A stretch of 63,190 nt of DNA, filler included, from Dugesia japonica (Eukaryota): assembly GCA_001938525.1 (NCBI GenBank). It is 6 parts of 6 records of this genome, joined end to end, with 100 filler letters (N's around TTAATTAATTAA, not from the genome) between each part and the next. Parts side by side here need not be neighbours in the genome. Positions count along the whole stretch, not along the records: positions 22,826 to 31,601 come from MQRL01647338.1; positions 31,702 to 45,618 come from MQRL01611290.1; 4 more parts are not named here. One strand, written 5' to 3'. A model generated the notes under the pieces. The model was not told the origin of the DNA. It did no database searches and was given only the letters and a program-made list of their open reading frames with translations. The translations under genes were made by a program, and so were the position numbers. Below are positions 24,930 to 38,196 of the stretch, piece by piece. How positions within the stretch are numbered: the stretch's first letter is position 1; the number at the start of each line of letters is the position of its first letter.

Positions 24930-26160
24930 ATAGGGATTTTAGATTAAATTCGTGAACGGGTCCCCAGAGGGCTGTTTTTCCCCAGCCAAGTTTTTTCTAC
25001 CCCAACAGAATAGAAAAAAGTAAAAAATTGCGAGAAGCAGAGAAATCAAGCTAAATTATTATTAAATTGATAAAAAGGAAACAAATTGGCGGAAATGAAA
25101 ACATTTCGCCTATTGAGAAATTTCGAAGTGATAAATTAAAAACCGTCATTGATATTGAAGATCAAGGTCATACAAATTTTCATTTCAATGATGACATTAT
25201 AGATACAAATAATTATTCAACTTATTCCTAAATACTAATGTTAAATGATATCAGATATTTAATTTTTGATCAAAATGGAGTGCCACAAACTAGTCAGCAA
25301 ATTTGAACAGAGCTGATAAAACGCGGCAGTAAAGAATTTCGGTACGAAGATTGTCTTCCATCCATAAGTGGTCACTCTTTAAGATAACGTTGGTTTTATT
25401 GATGCTTAGCAAATGGTGAAGAAAGTTTTCGCTCTTAATTGATTTATTCACCATCAAAAATTCAGTGTATTGTTTCTGCAATCTATTGTTTCATAATTAT
25501 AATAACTATCAATCATCATTTGTAATTGAAAGTGGTTTTCAAATTGGTTACATCTTAAACAGATTCATAATCATGAAAATAGCGCTTACTAATATCATTT
25601 GTTTAGAAGTTGGAAAGAAGCCAAACGCAGATAAGCAACTGGGAATTAAATAACTGAAGCCATAGAAAGAGAAATACAAAATAAAATAAAACGTTGGCAA
25701 GAAAATTTAAAACGGTTTCTTTCTTGTATTAAATACTTGGCTACTCAAAGTATTGCATTCAGAGGTTCTAGAGAAAACTTATTTAATGATAAAAATTCAG
25801 GGAATTTTTGGGAGCTTTTAAAATTGATTGATGAATATAATCCTCTGATTGGAACTCATTTTGCAAAACATTATTGGCTTTCAAAGTGAAATGCAAATTG
25901 ATACAAAATAACAAAAAGTAAGTAGTTTTGTTTAACGGTTGATTCCATTACATATTTACAACACCGAGAGCGGCTCACGCCAATTTTGATTTTAAAACTG
26001 TTGAAATCAAAGAAACATTCATAAGTTTTGAATATTTAAAAGAAAGCAGAGACACATAAATGTAGTCTTTAAAAAATTAAAAACAGATTTTTTAATGGAA
26101 AATTGTTGTAGTCAGTGTTATGATTATGCAGCCTTAATGAAAAGCCATATTTTGGGTTGC
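24930..26160 (+). mobile_element. hAT (ZMYM1/DUF4371-type) transposase remnant
   Basis: IKYLATQSIAFRGSRENLFNDKNSGNFWELLKLIDEYNP, and LIYSPSK...VYCFCNLLF zinc-finger region. Confidence 0.8.
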
Positions 26161-26169
26161 AATATATAT

Positions 26170-27245
26170 ACATTCCATTTCAAAAGTTTATTCTCACCCA
26201 TGTAAATTCATAAGTCAATACGTATTTTTAATTTTTTTCAATTTGTTTAAGTAATGTAAATTGCAAAATATAGTAAATAATATTTTTAAAAATGTTATCA
26301 ACTTATATTAAATGTATTTAATATTTTATGACACATTTTAGATATAATGAATAATCGAAACTTCCTGATGAAGCACAGAATAATAATTGTGAAATTGATG
26401 ATGGACAAAAAAAATCAAATAATGACGGACAGGCATAATATTGATGTGTCAAAGCGTGGCATTCAAAACATTTTCCATGAATATAAGACCGAAGGAATGT
26501 ATGTGGATTGGAAACGAAGTGGAAGACCACCGAAATTATGCCGACGTGTATGCCTGAAAAATAGAAGCATATCGTTAACATAAATAGCACGTACTTGTAA
26601 CATGGGTAACATTCAACATGTGTCCAGATGCACAGTTCACCGCATTCTCAATAAGTACGGATTAAGAAGTCATCCAACTGGTCAATGATAAGCAAAGGAA
26701 AAGAAGATTGCAATGGACGATATCTAAACAGCAATTTGATGTTGATAAATGAGCACTTGTTGTCTTCAGTGATGAATCAATGTTTTGCACATATAATCAT
26801 AGTCGCTCCTAAAGAAGAAAGCGGTTTCAATATGAAAGATTAAGTCCTATTTGTACTCAGAAGGTTATTCAATATGGTGTGCAAATCCATGTTTTGGGAT
26901 GCTTTTCACGATTTGATGTAGGAATTTTGAAACGAATACACGGTACGTTGAATTCTGCAACCTATCAAAACAAAATTGTCAATGATATTGACCTAATTGG
27001 CAAATGCTTGGTCTTCCCTCTGCGTAGTTTCATATTGCAGCATGACAATGCTCCTTGCCATCGATTTGCATCAACATTATCTTTTCTCAGTGAACGTCAA
27101 ATCGATATATTAAATTGACCACAGAATTCTCCTGATGCCAATTCTATTGAAAATTCGTGGCATTTCATCAAGATCAAAATAAATGTCTTGGGACCTCTGA
27201 ATGCTGATAAAATGTGGGCGGTATTACAAAAGATATGGTATCTAT
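26170..27245 (+). mobile_element. Tc1-like (DD34E) transposon remnant, 3' truncated
   Basis: RSGRPPK, VFSDES, FILQHDNAPCH, PQNSPDANSIEN. Confidence 0.9.
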
Positions 27246-29189
27246 ATATGTGTTGGGCTGAAACAGGCCAGTTAATAATATAAATAATAAAACAAAACAA
27301 ACTAGTGAAAAGAAGAGACAATAATGATCAAGAATAAACGAAGCAATAAAGGAAAATAGGAAAATGAAAACCNATAATAAAGAATAAGAATAATAAAATC
27401 GTTAATAAGAAATAAAATAAAATAACGATTTCAATAAATCGATAAGTTAAAGGCTATGAAAATTAGAAAATTGAAGAGAAAATAATAATCAGAATAAAAG
27501 AAACAAGTGGACATTGATCATCAAAATAAATTAAAAGCCCGAAAATACTACGAAAGTTAAAGATTTAATTATTGTGTAAGAATTAAATAAACTCAAGAAC
27601 CAGTGAGTATTAAATTGAAATAATAAAAGAGGAAATTAATAATTGAGACAAGATGGTGCTCGATAAGATGATAAACCAATAAAGGAAATCTCAAATGATA
27701 AGTACAGAAATAAAAAGAATATCAATTGAATAATAAATGGAGATCGCGAAATAAAAAGAAGAGTAATTCAATAATTATTGAATAAATACATTATACCAGA
27801 AATATAAAACGAAAACGATAATGAACGAAGTAAAAATGAATTTGGAAATAGAATTGGTTATATTATTATTTATAATTATATTCATGTTATACAAGTATAA
27901 ATGTCATAAAATTATGATAAGAAAAAAATGAAATAATTAATTTAGGAAAATAGGGTAAAAACAAAAGTATTTTATTTGAAGATTTCATTAAAATTTGTTT
28001 GACTTACTAGAAAAGAGATATGAAACAAATCAGTATTATTATTGTAGTTTAAAACGTTAATAAAATTATTATGTAATTAGGAAAAATCATATTAGTAGAA
28101 TATGAGGAAATAATTATTAATTAATAATTTCAGCCAATAAGANNNNNNNNNNNNNNNNNNNNNNNNNNNNNNNNNNNNNNNNNNNNNNNNNNNNNNNNNN
28201 NNNNNNNNNNNNNNNNNNNNNNNNNNNNNNNNNNNNNNNNNNNNNNNNNNNTAACAATATGAGTTCTGATTTTCAAAATGAATCAACAATTGAAGATTTA
28301 CCTAACATAGAATAAAGTATTAAAATAATTAGAGTGTAAAATCTTATTATTTTAGAAAAATATTATTAATTTTATTATTATAATATAAATATTATTATTT
28401 CTATAGAAAGAATTCGAATTCAGAGTTACAAGAAAAGAAAGAGAATAAAAAGTTAAATTAGAATTTTAAATTTATATTAAAGTATTTATATTTGTTCCTG
28501 TATTCGTATTTATAAATCGAAAACAAGTTTTCAAAATTATTATTTTTATCAAAAATATTATTAAAAATATCTTTTATTCATGCTGGTTCAGTGAACACAG
28601 CTTTCATTGGCGCCGTGCATGTTCAAACAGGTCAAAATTGAAACAAATATGACAGAATCTATGCATCGGGTATTACAGCAAAAATGATAAAATGTATGTG
28701 TCGGGTGAACACCGCACTAGGTGAACAGAATCTAAATATACAGAGAATCTACGATGTCGAGTCAGCACCGGTAAATCATATGTAAAATCACAAATCATAT
28801 GTAAACCGCGAGCAACTACATGATTAAATGTTAATGTCTAAATATGGACTTTTCTGCAGAATCTGCGAATGATATACTGCATTTGCAGAAAAGTTGAAGT
28901 GGCCTCCCATTGTATCTGTCGAAATTTGACGATACAGCTGGGTTTAAAAGGTGAAACAATTTTCATTAAAAACACAAAATTAAACTTTATTTTAACTCTT
29001 GATCACTTATCTTTAAGTGTCAAGTAGTATTATTGATATTTAAAACAATCAGAAAGAGATAGAAAAGAGTAATTTTTCTTGATTTTATTTTAATTCATAT
29101 ATGAAAGAAGACTGAGGTGATGATTATCATTCATTAGCTTTGCTAGAAGTGATGGTCATCACTATTCAGCTTTTCGAAGGAGATATATC

Positions 29190-29380
29190 TCGTTATATCA
29201 TCTTTAACTCGTTATATCATCCATCATAAAATATGACGAGACGTTAAGAAATTATAAAAGAGTTATGTGACGAGATGTTATGAAATGATAAAGGAGTTAT
29301 GTGGTATAATGTGCCGAGAGGTTATGAAATGATAGAGTTATGTGGTATAAAGTGACGAGAGGTTATGAGATGTTATAACT
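29190..29380. repeat. Degenerate tandem repeat of about 35-42 bp
   Basis: Repeated GAGTTATGTGGTATAA / GACGAGA(G)GTTATGAAATGAT units. Confidence 0.6.
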
Positions 29381-31701
29381 TGGTGTTATAACTACGAAAT
29401 TGATATCAATGAGTATGGGAGAGATAGTAAGAGATATTAGTGATTACTAATCGGTAGTAAATTATGTGAGTAGTGAAAGCGATATCAGATGATGTCAACG
29501 AGTAGGAATAAGCTCGTAAATTATTAACTGATATTTAATGAAGCGATAGAGATATTAAATGATGATTGCCACTTATTGAAAGAGATGGGAAAGGATTCGA
29601 ATATGGTGTGAGCAAAGATATTAAAATGATAGTGTTAGTGTTGAGTTAATGTGGCTGAAAAATGGTGGTTGAATTCTTTTCGATTACGATTTGCATTATA
29701 TTGAGGCAATGCACTTGTGGTGAAAATATTAATTTTGCTTTCATAATTGTTTTTGTCTTCTAGTTTAATTATTAAATGAATTGTCATGATATATAACACT
29801 CAGATAGCTCATTTTATGAATTTAGACACAAATTTATGTTCATTATATTTATGATATCGAAATAATATTGCCGTTGACAGGAGGACCATTCACTATTTGG
29901 AGAGAAATGGATTTTCCGGATATTCTAATTATCAAGATAAATTTTTGCAAAATAATTAGAGCACGATTTATTAACGGAAAGCAGTAGCACTATGACGTAA
30001 GAAGGTTCAAAAGTACGACGATGAATTTAATAAATGAAATGGATGATCCAACTCTCTCTTCAATAGCGAATGATCTGTCAGAGTAGTAGTAATTTTATTT
30101 GCTAATTAATTAAACTAAAAGTAACTTATGAAAAATAGATATCGTGAATATTATAAATAATGAGGTTATCGAAATATTATTAGATGTCCAGACACATAAC
30201 TGCGGCAATGGCCACCAAGTCATTAAAAGCCGAAGGATTTTTTTCAAAACGAGTTCTTATAACATTATGTCCGTGTTGTGTGGCTCGATCGAAATCGTAG
30301 GAACAGATTTGGATCCATGGTGGATCATCCATGATCAGTTAAAAGTAAAGGACGAGGAAATTAGTAGATTGTGAGCGGAGATTGACCGACAAAAGCAACA
30401 GTAAAAGGAACACCTTCAGCAGATTGATCCAATGCATACTCGCGTAAATCAGCAGGAACAATGCTATCAACACCGACTGCTAGAAATCACCAAGTAGCCG
30501 GTAGAGCGAGAGAAAGAGCTTGTTAAGTTGCTTATTCGATCAACAGAATTAGCTAAACAGCAGCATTGAGTTATTCAATTGATGAGATCAAGCCAATTAG
30601 AAGCAGAAGAGTACACGAAGCTATTTGAGCGATTGTCCGGCAAGGTAGAGGCAATTCTACAACAAGTGCTTGCATCATTGGATAAGACTGATATTGTCGA
30701 AGAAACAATTGTGTGATCGAATCTTTCTTGAACTATAATATAGTTTTGTGCTTATGATCTCCTTTAATTAAATTTATCGGTGTAAATAATAATATTAGTG
30801 AGTAACAACCTTTTAAATTTTCATGGCTAATGTTCCAAAGGATTTCAAGTTTATTCTGAAGGATACCTTGTTAATAATATAATATAAAGTCGGTATCTAA
30901 CGACTGGCCTTGATAAAATCTCTCATTATAAATTAATTATGCTAACATTGCAAGAATTATATTTATCAATAATTTCAGTGTCAAACGCAAGAAAATTAAC
31001 AGATACGTCATAAACAGATATTAGAAAGAAATGGAGTTCTATACAAAGAAAACTGCAAAACGAAATTAGAAAAAGCTAGAGAAAGAACTCCACTCTGTGG
31101 TAGAAGAATGCCAAACTACTTGAATGAGACCTCGCATTTTCCTAGACGTGTTAGGTGATGGCCGACATAAAAAAGACCTATGCGGATAGAGAGAGTGTAT
31201 TAATAGTGACGGTACAAACATTGACACAAGTATTGAAGCCTGAAAAAGAAACAGCAACAGAACAACTCAAGGACGTCATTAATTTAGATAAATAATAAAT
31301 ATTGCATGAAATAAAATTTTGTACCATAAACATGAGTAAATAATGAATAGCAGCATTCTTGAGTAGAGAGCTGAATAGATATTGAAAACATAAGACGGGA
31401 TACAGCATAGTCCTGCTGAATCCGAGAATGGGAGATAATGTTAGATCGTGACAATTTTTTGTGGTTACTAGTTATTATCTCTCAGATAGAAATCATAAAT
31501 AAGATAAGGAAATATTTTGATACAGAAAACGATAATAAAGAAATCAGGTAAACAATTATCAAACAACATCAAAAAGCCTAGTAACCCAATATATATATAT
31601 ANNNNNNNNNNNNNNNNNNNNNNNNNNNNNNNNNNNNNNNNNNNNTTAATTAATTAANNNNNNNNNNNNNNNNNNNNNNNNNNNNNNNNNNNNNNNNNNN
31701 N

Positions 31702-31834
31702 AAAAATCATACCACAAAAAAAAACCGTCACAAAAAAAACAGTCACAATCGTAATGTGTTTTCGAGCCCCCCCCCGGGGGGGGGTTCCGCCCAGCGCTAT
31801 GCAAGTTGTGATCGTGTGCCGCTATCCCCTTACT
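31702..31834. mobile_element. Polinton terminal repeat, right end, interrupting a pPolB gene
   Basis: Reverse complement 5'-AGTAAGGGGATAGCGGCAC. The adjacent pPolB frame is cut at EWVF, where the other copy continues WIFLRP. Confidence 0.75.
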
Positions 31835-34800
31835 AAATACCCATTCCAGATAATTTTCTCCTTGACCCTCATTTTTAAATAATCCGATCTTATTGGCCAC
31901 TTCATTAGAGTATAATGGGTGATGCTTTGGATAATTGCTTGTATCCAGCAGACTATCAAATTTAATTTCTCTCAGTAATATATTTTTATCTGCTCCAGTA
32001 CATGACAAGAAAAAGCTTTCTGTGTCAACTGCAATAATATCGATTTTACAACCAAATTGATTTCGATATTTTTCCAACTCTTCATACTGTAACTTGTACA
32101 TGCGTAACTTGGCCTATCCAGACATATGCAATCCTTCTCCAGCAAGACAGCTTTTAATCCCTCTGCAATATCCATCGTCTGTTTGAATGTCACTTTGCTT
32201 GTATACGTAACAAATTTCTTTTCATTATTGCAAAGTCGGAGATTCGTGCGCTTCTTTAAATTCTCCACCGTCTTGCCGTACAAAGCAATATTCAGCAATT
32301 TATAAAAATCCTTCTCTAATTTTGTCTTAGATGCAGGTCTTCTCGCTGAATTTGCGTTTATGTAATTTGCAAAAATTTCCAACTGTTTAAATTTTATTAT
32401 CCTGTGTACTGCCGTCACATGAGCACCTAGCTCTATATACAACTCCAATAGATAACATAATGACTTTTTGGCTCATGTGTTAGCAGCAACTTTTTCACCT
32501 TTGATTCTGACGGGCATTTAGGCTCTGTCGCTAAACGTAATTGATCAAACCTACCGATTATGATCGATAGGTATCTCCAGATCAACTTCCAACAAGTATC
32601 CAATTTCATTATCACAGCTTAATAATAATAACTTCTGATATTCTTCTTCCAACTGATCTTCCGCTATAAACTCAAAGTCTCTATATGGTAAAGGCGGAAA
32701 TAAGGCCCAACCATAAAGATTATTTATATCGATATATAGCAGTGAGGTATTTTCATCTGCTCGAACGTAATGTGTATTTACATATGTTATGCCACCTCTA
32801 ATTCTGGATTCAAATAAACGATGCATTTCCGGGTACTGTAGTAATTCCAACGATCTATTCATTGTTTTGAGAGCACTTGACCAACTCAATCCCGGTAATG
32901 ATAGAAATAGAAGTGGCTCCAATGCATGCTCCTCAAGTGCTTTTTTCTGAATGTTTGGAATACATCCGCCAATAGATAAATATCCAGTTTCATATAATAT
33001 AACCTGTAATCCAAGAGATATTTGCTACGAGATTCGGACCATGCTGAAACTGCCAATTGATATTCTTCTTTGTTTATTTCCGGCCACCTTTCTGGCAATG
33101 TTGTTCAATTGACGAGCATCTCATAAGATGTCGCGAACTTGTACGGAAATATTCCTTTACTTTGATGTCCTTGCTGCGGGAATTCTGATAATGTCATCGG
33201 CCAGTTCTCAAGAGTTGCAGTCAACGATGATAGTGAGCTGCTCAGGAACTGGAAAAAATCAATAAATCGAATTGTGACTCCATTGCAAGGAAACATTGCA
33301 AGGAATATTTCTGTGGCTTGCGCAATTGGTTTCAGCTCCCAATGGTGGAATTGACTGAGAGCATATTTGATTATATGATTTGAATCATAACCCTTAAAGT
33401 TATGAAACACAACAGGCAATTCCATCCTGATCTTTCTGGATAAATTGCATTGATTGCATGCAGCTCCAATATATTTTCCCGAGAAATGATCATGATCTCG
33501 AACCAATTTCTTCACTTTATCTTCACATAAATAGCAATGTGTGCATTTCATAAATAACTTCTGTTTGTCTGTAGTTATTTTCATATCTGCACACATGTTT
33601 TTCTTATACTACGGTTCTACTACATTCTTTGCTTATTTATCATTACAATCCAAAATTTCCAGCATACAATTTTCTCCATAAAATGAATATTATTCACATT
33701 TTCTATCTTCTTCAAGCAATGAAATTAATAAAAACCCTACAGCTATCAGCACATAGTTGACTCGACCATCATCTTCTGGAACCAGGAAAGCTGCAATATC
33801 TGCGTATATTACAAATCCTGGAGTCATGGTTTTTCCGAAATCCTTGAATTTCAACTCCTTTACTTCCGGCATTGTGTACAGTGTAGTTTTTGCCGTTATT
33901 TGGCTGCATAAAGGTACATGTTGATTGAATGCAATCTGTGTCTTGAATCCATGCAGACAATTGTGGCACCATTTTCTTTCTATTTGACATTCTATTGATT
34001 TGACACATAATTTTAATAATCTATCTAAATATGGCACTCCCGTGTAATGATAATCTTGATCGTTTTACAGCACAAACAAATTCATGTGGCGTCGATGTGG
34101 GTTTTTGGTTGAAAAAATCACATCAACATGTAGATTTTTGTACACAATTTCAGTGTCTTCTTCTCCATCAAGTACTTCTTTATACTTGAAAACCGCTATT
34201 GATAATTCATTTCTCCGCTCAAATTCGGGGATATTGCTGAGTTTCAGCGGTATCCTCTGCTCATCGTACACCAATTCATGTAAAAAGCTCTCATATTTCT
34301 ATGTTCGATCCCGATCCTTCTTGATTATATCATACTTGAGCCCTGCAAGTATGCTATAGAGAAAACACTTATTATCATAATTCTTGACATTTACTATGGC
34401 CTTGTTGTAATGATTCTGAAATCCAAATAAATGATCAGCCGGATAAGTAAATTACCAGTGAGAACTTGACTAAAATAAACCTCAGCTCCAATATTCTTCT
34501 AATCTTCCAACCACTACTGAGCTAAGAAAAGGTTTTGATTTCTTCATTTGCTTTAGCTGTTACCTTTGTCAAAAAATAATCTGAATACTCTACTGCTTTG
34601 TTGGACCAGCACCATTCCTTAATTTCCTCTTCATCACCGCAATTTTTCTCAAATTCTGCATTTATTCCAAACTGTACTTTGCAGTTTACGATATTCCTGA
34701 CATCTTCTTCAACCCAATATTTTACATTTTCCGGAATATACACTGATTTCATCTCGAGATTCTCCACCTTGAATTAGAAACTGACATATGCACCTTTAAA

Positions 34801-34900
34801 ATCTGATTTTCGTATATAATCTTCAACAACTGTCGTTATTCTTCTCCTTTTTTCAATGCTTCCATTAATACCATTTTCTTGAGTATCATACGTTTCCTAT
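31835..34900 (-). pseudogene. pPolB: Near full-length Polinton pPolB, frameshifted and 3' truncated by an insertion
   Basis: FVIYADI, CYLC...RDHDHFSGKYIGAACNQCN, VFHNFKGYD, KGIFPY, IRGG, YIDINNLYGWA, KLLNIALYGKTVEN, VDTESFF, IGLFKNE. Confidence 0.95.
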
Positions 34901-36899
34901 TTTTAGCCGGCTGCTGTTCACCAACATCATTTTGTTTATAGCAAATTTATGAAGGTGTATTAATCAACCTGGTAATACTAAAATTATTTTTTAATGTAAG
35001 TCGTTGATCATCATTATCGTCACATGACGATGATGATGCCTCAATCAACCCGCTTATACTAAAATCTTTTATTTTATTATTATTTAAGCCTAAAATCCTA
35101 TTGATTGAATAAGGCAGATTAGTATGTTTAATAGATGATCAGTAAGTAGATAAGAGTGTCTCAAAACACTTGCAGTTATCGCAAACCACCCCCGGGGGGG
35201 GGGACTCGGAAACACATTACGATTGTGCTATGATTTTTTGGTAAGTTTTTTTCCTAAGAGTTTTGGGATCAAAAACTCTTTGATCGGATCAAACTTTTTT
35301 TTTGATCGGGTCATATTTTTTTGATCCTGATGGTGTGTATTTTTAAATTTTAAAATTTGTGTGTGTTTAAGTTGTTAAGTTGTTTTTTAAAAAGTAAGTC
35401 AAGTTCAGTTTGTGCTTGTGGTTGTGTTTGTGTGAGTGTGTGAAAGAATGGTTTTAGACTCGAGGAGTAACTGGAGATCTTGGAAAATTTTTTTGTGTAG
35501 TTTTTAAGATTTGGTTGTTGTTGGACAAAAATTTGGTCTATATGTTGTTTAAAGGACTTATGATGTTGGATGGATGAATTTTGCTAGAAGTGTGGTAGCG
35601 CATCAGATCAGTCGTATGAGTTATCGTGGGGGTATTTTTTGAGAGGCTGTAGGTTTGTATATGGTTGATGGAATTTGTTGGTTAATGTATTATTTAAGAG
35701 GTAACGGGATGGAGAAGATTTTGTATGTCGAAAGTGCTTTGATTTTTTATTTTAAAGGCTTGAATTGGATTGGTTTATTTTTGTAGGTTTTATAAGTGTG
35801 TTAAATAATTTTTTATAGAGGGGGACAAAGATATGTGTGGAAAAACAAATAATTATCATATTTTTTAAGATTTATTTGAAATTTTTCTGGATGTCGGGTA
35901 TGACGTCAGAATCTTTTGAAATCTTTATTTTGGTTAAAAATGCTGTATTTTGCTTAAAATGATGAATTTAATAAGAGTGATGATATTTTTGTAAAAATAA
36001 TGTATTTTGAATATTTTTTTAGTGTTTATGAACCGGGAAGGTTTGTTTTTTAATATTTTTGAACCAGGAAGAGGGGAGTCTTGATATTTTTTTTTGCGTG
36101 AAATTCAAAACAAATATTGTTTGGCGGGAAATTCAGAAATTTATTTTTCCATGGGAAATTTTAATTTTTTTTGAGCAGACTTTATATTTATGTATGAGAT
36201 GTAGCAGTATTGATCTTTAGCATGGGGAGTCTCTATATTTAACAATGTATGGGACAATCTTGATATTTTGCATGAACGAGTCTCTATATTTTGTATGGGG
36301 CAATTTATATATTTAGCATGGTATGGGGCAGTCTAAAATTCATAGTCATGCAATTTTCAGTGCATGTGTGTTGCATCTGAGTTGCATAACTATTGCATTT
36401 ATTTAAAAAATCAATATAAATTCAAAATGGCGGCTATGTGGAGTTTTAAAAATTCTCAGGCGCATGATTTCCACTGTATGTGTGTTGCATTCTCATGGCA
36501 TCTGAGTTGTATGCCTATTGCATTTATTAAAAATTTATTTTGAAAAAAAATCAATATAAAATCAAAATGTTGTGGCTATGTTGAGCTTTAAAAATCAAAA
36601 TAGCGGCTAATTCTAAAAAATAATTTAATAAAATAATAATAAATTAAACTCTTACCAAAATAATTTTCATAATTTTTGTCTTCAATTTCATATAACCACT
36701 ATCATAACCATCATCATTATCATTATGACATGTATCTTCCATCTTTTCATCTTCAATAGTTTTTTCTTCATTAATATTTATTTTTCTGTTATCATTAGCT
36801 TCTATTATATTTTCTATTCATTCATGGTTAATGTCATTTTCAAATTCTTCCTCTCCTTGGACAGTGTTTTCAAAATATAATTCACAAGTATTCATTTTG

Positions 36900-37191
36900 T
36901 AAAGAGTGAATTTATTTTAAAAAACAAGTGCTATTTATATAGACCCGATAACCAATCATATCAATTATAGTAAATATTAACCAATAGGAACTCACAAATA
37001 ACAAGTATGTGTGCATCCCAACTAGTATATAAACCCTGTAACCAATCATAAGTGTTAAAACAAATATTAACAAATCACATTAATTATAGTAAATATTAAC
37101 CAATAGGAACTAGTAAATAACGAGTATGTGTGTATCGTAACTAGTAATAAGCAAAGGTTTACATAACACTAATCACTTTTACAACTCAAAA
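36900..37191. promoter_or_regulatory. Putative bidirectional promoter with a duplicated CCAAT module
   Basis: AACCAAT at about 36950, 36978, 37039 and 37098; internal duplication of about 65 bp; TATA-like TATTTATATA (about 36932) and TATATAAA (about 37026); between divergent ATGs at about 36896(-) and 37192(+). Confidence 0.5.
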
Positions 37192-37622
37192 ATGCTGGAA
37201 AATCAACTCACTAAAGAAAAAGTTTCAACTTCTAGAACTTGGGAAAATTACAGATTTCCATAATTACAAGATGTTCTTTTTGAAAACTCCAATTAATTAT
37301 GACTTCAACGTAATTGATTTTTATTTCATTATAAATTATTATTTTATTTTAGAAACCAGTTTCAATGAAAAAATCCAAATTTAGTTTGGTTCTATCCAGA
37401 ATTCATGAGAAGGATAGAAATATACTGGAAGCCCTGTTTGCAAGATTGAGCAGGCAAATTGAAGTCAATGAGACTATTTATATAGCCTTTATAGAACAAG
37501 ATGAAAACAATTATGAAGACGACAGTCAATGGTTAATTCAAGTGGAGATTAAAGGCTTTAAGAAATCAATTAATTCAGTAGGTGTTATATGGAAAGTCAA
37601 AAATATTGCACAGAAGATCTAA
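37192..37622 (+). pseudogene. Two-exon subterminal Polinton gene of unknown function
   Basis: 43-bp GT..AG intron 37310-37352; exon 2 in frame with ORF 37365..37622; exon 1 disrupted. Confidence 0.4.
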
Positions 37623-37781
37623 ATTTGTTTACTTAATGTTTGCTTAGTGTTATTTTTTTTATTGAAATCAATTTTTATGAAAAAGTCTTGTTAGTTTTAA
37701 TTATAAAAACATTTATTAATACAATATTTTAAAAAACTAAAAAAATAAACAAAAACCTAATAATTATACATTTATTTTTTA

Positions 37782-38092
37782 TTAATAATAGCAAAAATAA
37801 TCATTATAACAATTTAGTTCTTCCATATGGTTCTTCATGGCGACACAGAGGTTAAACTCTGCGTACTCGATACAATCTGGTTTGCAAAATTCAGAATCCA
37901 TGTACTCATTGATAATTGAATCCGGGAGCATTGGTTTCCTTTCTTTATCAAGCCTCCCTCGTTTTTCCATTATGTCCACAAGCATTCCTAAATCAAATTT
38001 ATTATTAAAATTATAAAATTAATAAAAATCAAACCTTATTTACTAAATTGTTCTTCCATTATCTTCATTTTTCCTGTATTTGTTGAATTCAT
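37782..38092 (-). pseudogene. Two-exon small Polinton gene of unknown function
   Basis: 47-bp GT..AG intron 37988-38034 links ATG 38092 in frame to ORF 37782..37985, leaving one stop. Confidence 0.45.
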
Positions 38093-38196
38093 ATTTAAAA
38101 ANNNNNNNNNNNNNNNNNNNNNNNNNNNNNNNNNNNNNNNNNNNNNNNNNNNNNNNNNNNNNNNNNNNNNNNNNNNNNNNNAGCGTAATATATTAA

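Noticed and set aside
27250-31600. A defined LTR retrotransposon
   Set aside because: Looks repetitive and partly matches 2649-2820, but I could not identify paired LTRs or pol motifs.
31702-35330. A pPolB-only mini-element bounded by its own inverted repeats
   Set aside because: The AGTA termini face towards pPolB, one truncates it mid-motif, and the right repeat continues into a separate element. Nested insertion fits better.
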